Source: Candidatus Nomurabacteria bacterium (GTDB taxonomy: Bacteria; Patescibacteriota; Minisyncoccia; Phycocordibacterales; UBA5272). Taken from it: DNA of 64,000 nucleotides. Below are positions 29,931 through 37,852 of the stretch, piece by piece (position 1 is the first letter of the stretch; every line of letters begins with the position of its first letter). Under the pieces are notes generated by a model, which saw only the letters and a program-made list of their open reading frames with translations, did no database searches and was not told where the DNA came from. Location: assembly GCA_029288775.1 (NCBI GenBank), contig JARIGQ010000006.1:120-64119 (forward strand). Direction: 5' to 3'. A program made the translations under genes and the position numbers.

Positions 29931-30656
29931 ATGAAGTTTCCTATTCTCTACGAAGACAATCATACACTCGTTATCAATAAGCCAGCGGGAGTAATGGTGC
30001 ACCCAGATGAGCGATCAAGCGAAGAGACGATTGCGGATTGGTTGCGCGAAACCCACAAAGTGGAAGGAGTAGGGGAGGAGGGGCGCGAAGGGGTGGTGCA
30101 TCGTTTAGATCGTAACACCACAGGAGTGCTTATTCTGGCAAAAGATCAGATTGCATACACTACTTTCAAGAAGCAGTTCAAGGATCACACTACACGAAAA
30201 GTGTATCGATTGATCGTGGAGGGAAATATCAAACACGATACCGGTATGATCTCGCTTCCTATCGCGCGCGCTAAATCAGATTTCCGTAAGCGCACTGTCG
30301 TGGATATGTTTTCGGGAGATGCTCGAGGTGAAGAGCGTGAAGCTATGACTCGCTACAAAGTACTCGCGCGCTCTACTGCGCCAGATGGAAAGCAATACAG
30401 TTATGTGGAAGCCTTTCCGCTTACCGGTCGTACACATCAGCTCCGTGCTCATTTTCGTGGCATTCGTCACCCTATTATTGGAGATGATTTGTATGGGTCC
30501 AAAGATGGGAAAAACGTAGCTCCCCGATCTATGCTTCACGCGTATTCACTGATGCTTAAAATTCCAGGAGAAAAGGAAGGATACATCGAAAAAACCTTTG
30601 TCGCAGAAGTTCCTCAAGATATGAAGGAGACCTTAGAAAAGCTCTTGCTTATATAG
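29931..30656 (+). CDS. RluA/RluD family pseudouridine synthase
   Basis: NKPAG, VHRLDRNTTG, TGRTHQLR, PIIGDDLY. Confidence 0.93.
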   Translation: MKFPILYEDNHTLVINKPAGVMVHPDERSSEETIADWLRETHKVEGVGEEGREGVVHRLDRNTTGVLILAKDQIAYTTFKKQFKDHTTRKVYRLIVEGNIKHDTGMISLPIARAKSDFRKRTVVDMFSGDARGEEREAMTRYKVLARSTAPDGKQYSYVEAFPLTGRTHQLRAHFRGIRHPIIGDDLYGSKDGKNVAPRSMLHAYSLMLKIPGEKEGYIEKTFVAEVPQDMKETLEKLLLI

Positions 30657-30693
30657 ATTTTTTGTGCTATCATAGCGTGACTATTTCAAAACT

Positions 30694-31122
30694 ATGAAAA
30701 CGACTATCAAGCTAAGCCCGGTAGACATGGATTCACGCAAGAACCTCCAGTTCGCGTCAGGTGATGTGGTGCGTGTATGGAACAAGATCAAGGAAGCCGA
30801 TGGAAAGACTCGTCTCCAGGCTTTTGAAGGTATGGTACTTGCTCGCAAGCATGGAGCGGAAATCGGAGCGACCTTTACAGTGCGCCGTGTAGCATCCGGA
30901 GTCGGTGTTGAACGTGTGTTTCCACTCTACTCAGTAATGATCGATAAGATCGAAGTAGTACGTCACTCAAAGACTCGCCGAAGCAAGCTCTACTATGTTC
31001 GCGATAAGGCGCTTCGTGATGTTCGCCGAAAGCTTAAGGCTGACACGAAGGTGGTAAAGAAAGGATCTACGACAACTATGGAAGCAGTTGCCGAAGAAGC
31101 TGCAGAAGAAGTAACAGCATAA
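30694..31122 (+). CDS. rplS: 50S ribosomal protein L19
   Basis: RLQAFEG, TFTVRR, GVGVERVFP, RRSKLYYVR. Confidence 0.97.
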   Translation: MKTTIKLSPVDMDSRKNLQFASGDVVRVWNKIKEADGKTRLQAFEGMVLARKHGAEIGATFTVRRVASGVGVERVFPLYSVMIDKIEVVRHSKTRRSKLYYVRDKALRDVRRKLKADTKVVKKGSTTTMEAVAEEAAEEVTA

Positions 31123-31206
31123 AACAAAACCGCTCGTACGAGCGGTTTTGTTTTTTTATGTTTGCAAGAGTGAATGCTTGTATTCGTCAGGAAAATTATG
31201 GGAAAC

Positions 31207-31719
31207 ATGCTTACATCTTCCTTTTTTAATAGAAAGACAGAAACTGTTGCTCGAGAACTATTGGGTAAATATCTGGTACGAGACATACATGGCGTGAAAA
31301 CAAATTATGTAATCACTGAAACGGAAGCATATATTGGTCCACATGATTTGGCGTGTCACGCCTCAAAAGGAAGAACGGCACGCACTGAAGTGATGTATGG
31401 AAAGCCAGGAAGAATGTATATTTATTTTGTATATGGCATGCATTACATGCTCAATATTGTCACGGAAGAAGTTGGGTATCCCGCGGCCGTTCTTATCCGT
31501 GGCATCGAAGGTGCTTCAGGTCCCGGAAGACTGACAAAAAAGTTGCACATTGCCAAGAACTTACATGGTATGACGCTTTCAAAGAAGTCTGGTCTATGGA
31601 TAGAAGAAGGCGCTTATGTGAGCGATAAAGATATCCTCCGTACTCCTCGTATCGGTATTGAATATGCCGGAGATGTTTGGAAAAATAAGAAACTTAGATT
31701 TGTGCTTAAGAAAAAATAA
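31207..31719 (+). CDS. DNA-3-methyladenine glycosylase (MPG/AAG family)
   Basis: VARELLGK, ETEAY, YGMHYMLNIV, GPGRLT, RIGI. Confidence 0.93.
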   Translation: MLTSSFFNRKTETVARELLGKYLVRDIHGVKTNYVITETEAYIGPHDLACHASKGRTARTEVMYGKPGRMYIYFVYGMHYMLNIVTEEVGYPAAVLIRGIEGASGPGRLTKKLHIAKNLHGMTLSKKSGLWIEEGAYVSDKDILRTPRIGIEYAGDVWKNKKLRFVLKKK

Positions 31720-31742
31720 ATCCCCACACGGGGATTTATTTT

Positions 31743-31829
31743 TGGTGCCCAGGACTGGACTCGAACCAGCATGCCTTTTAAAGCGCTACCACCTCAAGGT
31801 AGTGCGTCTACCAATTTCGCCACCTGGGC
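31743..31829 (-). tRNA. tRNA-Leu(GAG)
   Basis: GCCCAGGTGGCGAAATTGGTAGACGC...TTGAGGT; variable arm; CCA encoded. Confidence 0.95.
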
Positions 31830-32005
31830 ATATGTGCTCACTATTTAATTTCACTACCATAGGGACGAAATTGGTAGACGCACGGAGTGCGCAGATTTAT
31901 CTTTTGCCAATTTCGCCCCCTGGGCAGGTGACTTCGTTTGAAGTATTGAAATACTACCATAGATGTAACAAAAGAAAAAGGCTCACTTAAGGTGAACCTT
32001 TCCAT

Positions 32006-32482
32006 CTAGAAGCGAACGTTCAAACCGAAGACAAAAATCATCTTATTGGGGGCGGGAAGTACTGCGACATACGGCATAACGTCGCGGATGATTTCGTATT
32101 CAAACGTGGCCAGTGGCAAGAAGCCGTGATACGTTTTATTTCGTGGGAGAAAGTGATACGACATGTAATCAACCTGAATACCTCCCAAAAGCGGCTTTCC
32201 TGCAATGGTGCCAATTTCAATGTGGCCTCCCAATGCTGCCGTAAGAGTTTCACCTTTTGTGGAATTCTTGTCGATGTAGTTTGCTTCCAGGTAGAAGTTC
32301 TTATTAAGATCGTAGCGGAGGCCGAGACCAGGATTGACTTGGTTGGCCCATGCACGCATTTTGCTGTTTTCGTGCCAGCTGCAGCAGTTGATGTTGAGCG
32401 ACCACTTGGATCGTTCTCCGTCAGAGGCGTGGGCGAGTAGGGTAGAAAAGGATAGCGCACTTGCAAGCAGAATGTTCCGCAT
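32006..32482 (-). CDS. Secreted beta-barrel-like protein (PagP-like pattern)
   Basis: Signal peptide; SWH...NQVNPGLGLRY...KNS; amphipathic strands; terminal Phe (FGLNVRF); SD GAGGAG. Confidence 0.55.
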   Translation of the reverse strand: MRNILLASALSFSTLLAHASDGERSKWSLNINCCSWHENSKMRAWANQVNPGLGLRYDLNKNFYLEANYIDKNSTKGETLTAALGGHIEIGTIAGKPLLGGIQVDYMSYHFLPRNKTYHGFLPLATFEYEIIRDVMPYVAVLPAPNKMIFVFGLNVRF

Positions 32483-32615
32483 TTCCGTCTCCTCAGCAGT
32501 TGTCAGTGAAGGAACCTTTATTAAAAGCCTAGCACTTCCAAAGAAAAGCGCACTCTTCAAAAAAGCGGGAATATGTGTTAGATTGAAGACCTGATTTCGT
32601 CAGAAATCTGTAGAT

Positions 32616-32691
32616 GGTGCCTATAGTGTAATGGTTAGCACGCGGGCTTGTGGAGCCCTCAGTTCGAGTTCGAATCTCGATAGGCACACCA
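32616..32691 (+). tRNA. tRNA-His(GTG), integration target
   Basis: G-1 plus acceptor stem GTGCCTA/TAGGCAC, loop TTGTGGA, ends ACCA. Confidence 0.92.
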
Positions 32692-34281
32692 ATCGCTACG
32701 AACTAAGTCAATTCGTTGATTTCGTTCAGTAGTATCAAGGGTTTTATCCAGTTCCAACCCTTTTAATCTGGTTTCTAATGCTGGATAGCTGTTTTCAACC
32801 TCTTTTACCCATTCATATTTGGAAATACTGAGAATTCTATCTTTGATGACGAAGTTCGAACCTAAAGAAGTGAAAAGTTTCCTCTTCTCTTCTGGTTTTG
32901 TCTCAGGATTATTAAATCTTGCTCTTGAGTAGGTCGCAAAGTCGAAGAATTCTTTCGTGGTATCCAACCACTTAGACGCTCTCTGCTCTGTGGAATACAT
33001 CTCGGACTTCAGTTTCGCTAACTGGGACCGCAAGTCGTCTCTCATTCTTAAAAACTCTTCTTCGCTAATCAGCTCTCTGTAGAACATCTTGGAGAGATTA
33101 TCGAGTTCGTTCTGTGTCTTATTGTAGGAAGACTGTTGGGACTCATATATCGTTGATCGGTCCTCAATCTCTAATTCATTCCTCTCACTCAAATAATCTA
33201 ATGCCCATTGTAGAAACTTCGGGTTAATTTGGCACTTCTGAAGTTCGCTGTCTATCTGTTCTTCCAACTGTTTAACAGTTAAGGTTCGCTTCTGGGAGCA
33301 GGCTACTCGACGTGTCTTTCTTGTGCAGTAGTAATAGGTATAGGATTCAATTTTCCCAGTAGATTTTATCTGCTTTTGTTTTGTTGTTGCCGTATGCAAA
33401 CAGTCGCACTCACCACATCTGATAAGGCCAGTGTAGGCGTGGTTATGCTCCGCCATTCTCGGCTTACCTTTCTTTCCTAAAAGGAATTGAACACGGTCAT
33501 ACTCTTCCAACGTAATCATAGCCTTATGGTTGCCAGTTTTCAGCTCTCGGTTCCAAGTGAATAGACCAGTATAAAAAATATTGTTAAACATCTTATAGAT
33601 AGTTGAATTAGCAAGAGGCCTATCTCCTCCGTGAGAAGTTCTTGGTGTTCTAAAACCCCATTCCTCATTTGCTATCTTTATTATCCTAGGAGGGGTGTAA
33701 TTCCCAGAGAGCATCATTTCCCACATAGACCGAACAAGCGGAAAGAGCTCTTCGTCCACCATAATCTTTTTATTTAGTCTGTCATTCTTGTATCCGAGTG
33801 GCGGTTTTGTAGGATAATCACCACGTTCAGCTTTACCGTTCATTCCACGCTTCACATTCTTACTTAAATCAATAAGGAACTGATTCGCTGAACCTGTTTC
33901 TACGTTGAATAAAATAACATTGTCTTCTGGCTTATATTCCTTATCAATAGTTTGAATGGACTGAATGATTCCTTTTTGTAGTAACCAGCTAAGCTTCCCG
34001 CTGTCGATTGGGTTTCTTGATAGACGATTAATCTGCCAACACAAAATACCCTCGGCTTCTCTATTCTCAATTCTTTGAAGCATATCTTCAAACACCGGTC
34101 GTCCGGGCATTTTTGCAGACTTGGATTCGGTGAGAATGTCTATAGTTTTAATGCCCTCAATACTTGCGAGATGTTTTAATCTTTCAATCTGATCGTCGAT
34201 GGATTGAATCTGCCTGTCTTCACTTTCCGAAGATTTTCTAGCATAGAGGAAGTATCTAAGTTGTGGCTTTTCTTGTTTCAT
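32659..34281 (-). CDS. Large serine recombinase (Int1); 3' end reads through the tRNA-His 3' end
   Basis: YARKSSESEDRQ catalytic motif, NRLSRN, recombinase domain, CGEC...YYYC zinc ribbon, coiled coil. Confidence 0.95.
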   Translation of the reverse strand: MKQEKPQLRYFLYARKSSESEDRQIQSIDDQIERLKHLASIEGIKTIDILTESKSAKMPGRPVFEDMLQRIENREAEGILCWQINRLSRNPIDSGKLSWLLQKGIIQSIQTIDKEYKPEDNVILFNVETGSANQFLIDLSKNVKRGMNGKAERGDYPTKPPLGYKNDRLNKKIMVDEELFPLVRSMWEMMLSGNYTPPRIIKIANEEWGFRTPRTSHGGDRPLANSTIYKMFNNIFYTGLFTWNRELKTGNHKAMITLEEYDRVQFLLGKKGKPRMAEHNHAYTGLIRCGECDCLHTATTKQKQIKSTGKIESYTYYYCTRKTRRVACSQKRTLTVKQLEEQIDSELQKCQINPKFLQWALDYLSERNELEIEDRSTIYESQQSSYNKTQNELDNLSKMFYRELISEEEFLRMRDDLRSQLAKLKSEMYSTEQRASKWLDTTKEFFDFATYSRARFNNPETKPEEKRKLFTSLGSNFVIKDRILSISKYEWVKEVENSYPALETRLKGLELDKTLDTTERNQRIDLVRSDWCAYRDSNSN

Positions 34282-34420
34282 TTGTGTACCAAAAAAGGGG
34301 TAACAGGAATGCTTGTAATTGCGAAACCACAAGAGCTGTTACCCCATCTTTGGCTACAAACATTCCTATGTATCTTATGGTTTCGCATATACAGTATATA
34401 ACGTTAGAAGTTAAGTTTTG

Positions 34421-35041
34421 TTAGGTTTTCGACAGTAATCTGTTTTCCAGCAGTGTTACGTCTTCATCGGAATACCCTCCTTTAATGTTTAGGTAGCGTT
34501 TATACTTTCTGGTGGGTTTGCCTTTGTAGAATTTCCGTTTTATGTTCTGAACGTAATATTCATCTGCTTTCCATGCTTGGTTTAAAATCTTAAAAGCTCC
34601 TTGATATTTCTTTGATTCGTTACAACTCTGATAACTCAGATTGGCGCATTTACGACATGCGAAATAATTTCCCGCGAAGTATAGATTTCGTACTTTTTTA
34701 CCACAGTAAATGCCATTTTTGTATAAACCGCATATAAAGAACCATTTTTTACCCCCGAATCGACAAGGGTTACTTTCCATTACAAATTCGTACTTCATTA
34801 CTTTCCATGCTTCATTTCCCTCATATCTATTCTTAATCTTATAGTCGAATTCAATATGTGGGGTAGAGCTTGAGGTGTCTATTTTGACTCGAATATTTCC
34901 GCTAGGCTTCCCACCATAAGACCAACTTAACTGTCCGCCAAAATTTCCACCAAGATAGTTATGCTTCCGAAGCCATGCAAGCTCGATCCGCTTGGCTGCC
35001 TCGGTTGTATCTCTAGGGTTTGGGTGATAATACCTAGACAT
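34421..35041 (-). CDS. Island hypothetical protein, basic, with Cys cluster
   Basis: CRFGGKKWFFIC...C...ACRKCANLSYQS. Confidence 0.7.
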   Translation of the reverse strand: MSRYYHPNPRDTTEAAKRIELAWLRKHNYLGGNFGGQLSWSYGGKPSGNIRVKIDTSSSTPHIEFDYKIKNRYEGNEAWKVMKYEFVMESNPCRFGGKKWFFICGLYKNGIYCGKKVRNLYFAGNYFACRKCANLSYQSCNESKKYQGAFKILNQAWKADEYYVQNIKRKFYKGKPTRKYKRYLNIKGGYSDEDVTLLENRLLSKT

Positions 35042-35050
35042 ATTGATTAC

Positions 35051-36319
35051 CTAAATCGTTTGAGATTCTTCCTGTTTATCAGTCACCCCACCGCGGTCCA
35101 CACTATATTCTTCCTCATCAGTAATTACCGCTGGAAGTATGAGCCATCTTCGTTTATCGTTCCCGTCTTGTTCTTGTGTCACCAATCCAGCTGTTTCGAG
35201 CATGGGAATTATCTGTTGGCGTAGTTGGTAAATGTCCAACATACGTCCGTGCAGGTCGAAGTGTTTTTGTAGAATGTCTTGCCGTGATATTCCGGGTCTC
35301 TTGTCCAAGGCAAATTGGTCATCTTTAAGTTGATGTTCCCTAACTTTCCAAAGAGGGACGATAATATCTTTATAGATTTTATAAACATACGGAGGAAGAT
35401 TGAATTCCTGGCTTATTGAAATTTTTTCCCAGATTTTGAACGCTTCTTCAATGTCTTCTTCGTTGGCGATAATGCCAGTTTGGGTCTGATCTCTCCACCA
35501 GTGGTTCAGTAGGGCTATAGACTTTATAAGAGCCATAAACCGCTTAATGTCTCTCTGGTGGCGGGGTTTTAAGAGCTTCTTATCTGCCAAAAACCGCCTT
35601 TTAACCAGCTCCTCCGAACAAATCTGTATATCTCCAATACGGGCTTGTTTTATAGCTAGAATACGGCTTTTTAGGAGTTCTCGTCGTGGGTCGGAATTGA
35701 GCCATTCTTCATACTCTGTTGAATTGGAGCTTTTCCGTATCGCTTGATCGATTCCCAACTTAATCTTCTCAGGGGTGGCTTCAGGGCTAAGAAGTAAGAA
35801 GCGTGTAGATTCCTGCTCGTCTATACGGAGTCCAGCAGAACAGAAAATGACAGAGGGGAAACCTCTTAGTATGACTGTCTTGGTCCTATTCCCACCTTTC
35901 TGATTTTTATCTGTTATTTTCGAATGCATCTCTCTTTCATCGTGAGAGAGAAAAGAGCGTAGTCTCTCTAAAAGTTGGGTGTGTGGCATATCCAAGAAAA
36001 TAATAATCTTTCTTGCCAGGTCCACCACGATACTGTTCGTCTCTTTATTGTATTCTCCTTGTTCGTGAAAGAAAGCTGTAGGGGAACAGTTTCCAATTTT
36101 TATCACATCCTCTTGAGGAAAGAGTCCTGAAATTTCTAGTGGAATGTATGACTTCCCAGACGATGATGGGGCATTAAAAGAAACATTAAATTGAGCGTCA
36201 TGTGTGAATGCTGAAAGCTGACATAGGAAAGTAGCAATTTTGTTCTCTTCGTCTGCTTTTATAGTAAGGGAGAGAATATCTGCTAGCTCTTCAATGCTAA
36301 GCGGTTGATAGTTTTCCAT
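35051..36319 (-). CDS. P-loop ATPase, primase/helicase-associated type of integrative elements
   Basis: APSSSGKS Walker A; ESTRF arginine-finger-like motif; C-terminal winged-helix-like region. Confidence 0.65.
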   Translation of the reverse strand: MENYQPLSIEELADILSLTIKADEENKIATFLCQLSAFTHDAQFNVSFNAPSSSGKSYIPLEISGLFPQEDVIKIGNCSPTAFFHEQGEYNKETNSIVVDLARKIIIFLDMPHTQLLERLRSFLSHDEREMHSKITDKNQKGGNRTKTVILRGFPSVIFCSAGLRIDEQESTRFLLLSPEATPEKIKLGIDQAIRKSSNSTEYEEWLNSDPRRELLKSRILAIKQARIGDIQICSEELVKRRFLADKKLLKPRHQRDIKRFMALIKSIALLNHWWRDQTQTGIIANEEDIEEAFKIWEKISISQEFNLPPYVYKIYKDIIVPLWKVREHQLKDDQFALDKRPGISRQDILQKHFDLHGRMLDIYQLRQQIIPMLETAGLVTQEQDGNDKRRWLILPAVITDEEEYSVDRGGVTDKQEESQTI

Positions 36320-36320
36320 A

Positions 36321-36494
36321 TTAATCTAATTTGTATTTTTTATAATCTTCTTTGGTAATAGGTTGGTAGGTTATTCGGACAAGCTCAATGAGCTTTACGG
36401 CCTGTATATAAGCTTCTTCCTCCGATATTTCTTCCCCGAACTCTTCTTTATAGAGATTCTGGAACGTCGAGATCTGCTTGCCCGATAAGACCAT
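36321..36494 (-). CDS. Small island protein, 57 aa (not in ORF track)
   Basis: Hand translation MVLSGKQISTFQNLYKEEFGEEISEEEAYIQAVKLIELVRITYQPITKEDYKKYKLD; packed tightly between neighbours. Confidence 0.75.
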   Translation of the reverse strand: MVLSGKQISTFQNLYKEEFGEEISEEEAYIQAVKLIELVRITYQPITKEDYKKYKLD

Positions 36495-36496
36495 GA

Positions 36497-36763
36497 TTAG
36501 TTAGTTCTAATTCGGCTTTTTAACTCACGGGTGATATTCCAGTAAGCTTTTGGTTCAACAAGTAATAACCCTTCCCAGAAACGATATATAACATTATTAA
36601 GTTCATCTGATTTCTCGAATACGAAAGTAACTTTTGGGTGATCTTTCGGATTTCGGTTGACCGCGACAATGGAGAATCCAAGATATTGAAGGCTAGAGGC
36701 AAGTGCAAGATCTGATACCTCTACGTGTCGATCTATTTTTAGGAATTTGTAATCTGATTTCAT
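36497..36763 (-). CDS. DUF5659-like small protein
   Basis: SDLALASSL...GF...FVF...FW...VEPKAY...LKSRI pattern. Confidence 0.7.
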   Translation of the reverse strand: MKSDYKFLKIDRHVEVSDLALASSLQYLGFSIVAVNRNPKDHPKVTFVFEKSDELNNVIYRFWEGLLLVEPKAYWNITRELKSRIRTN

Positions 36764-36832
36764 AATTTAAAAACCCGCAGGTTCCTCTGCAGATTATTAT
36801 TTGTATGTATTCTTGTATAAGAAAAAACTGTA

Positions 36833-37741
36833 CTACACTTTTTTTCCTTTACTTAGAATTCTCATAAATTCTTTTTTTGTATCCTTATCTCTTTTTCCAG
36901 CTAAATATGCCCGTCTTTCTGTTTCAAGAGAGATGATTTTTCCAATATGGCCAACGTCTAGATGTTGATTAAATTTTTTATAGACCTCGTTTGCGACATC
37001 CTTTAAAGGTTTATTCCAATGGATTTTATAAATAAAGTCATTTCTATCTGATGTTTTTTTACCTTTCTTCTTTATTTTTCCAAGCTCAACATGGGGTTTC
37101 CGATATTCATCTTGAAGGTTTTTGATGTGGTCAAAATTTCGGCCTATAAAATCCAAGATGTCTCTTTTGGACGCGTAGGGGCTTATCTTTAAAGATACTG
37201 GGAAAAATCTAAGCTCTTCCTCCATCTCTAATCCAACTCTGTTAATTAAATCTTGATCATTTGACTCTAAAGCGTCTAAATAGCTATAAAATCTTTTTTT
37301 AGCATCACCCACACCACATAAATCTAAGGAGGTTATTTTTAAAAATTGTGGATTTGGTAAACGGTCAAAGAATAGACAATTGGTTATGATTATTTGCCAC
37401 ACAGGTCCAGCGAGCTGAAGTTCTTCCTGGAGTTGATATATGTATGTTGCCACCCGGATTCCTAAATTATTATCTCTGTAGCCGGCCCATTTTTTAGGTA
37501 TTGCTACTGGGTACATCCAATGAATGTCCCCGTCTGCTGGTTTATTTTTGTATTTGTAGCCTGACTCAGGAATTTGAGACATTAGCCTAATAAAATTACA
37601 CTTTTTCTCCAAAAACTTTGAGCGCACTAATTCTTCGTAGTAGGATTCTATTTTTTTGAAACCACTCCCACGTCTCTTCTTTAAGTCTTTGAAATATAGG
37701 CCTATTTCTTCTTTCGACACTTTGTCCTTTTTCAGTTTCAT
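36833..37741 (-). CDS. Hypothetical protein
   Basis: 302-aa Lys-rich ORF; possible C-terminal HTH. Confidence 0.6.
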   Translation of the reverse strand: MKLKKDKVSKEEIGLYFKDLKKRRGSGFKKIESYYEELVRSKFLEKKCNFIRLMSQIPESGYKYKNKPADGDIHWMYPVAIPKKWAGYRDNNLGIRVATYIYQLQEELQLAGPVWQIIITNCLFFDRLPNPQFLKITSLDLCGVGDAKKRFYSYLDALESNDQDLINRVGLEMEEELRFFPVSLKISPYASKRDILDFIGRNFDHIKNLQDEYRKPHVELGKIKKKGKKTSDRNDFIYKIHWNKPLKDVANEVYKKFNQHLDVGHIGKIISLETERRAYLAGKRDKDTKKEFMRILSKGKKV

Positions 37742-37852
37742 AAATATCTTTAAATATACGTCAATCTACACTTTTTTTTGACCGTTGCAATATAGTAGAG
37801 GTATTACATTGTTGCTTTTGCCTACATTAGGTATACACTGAAATGAAACTAT

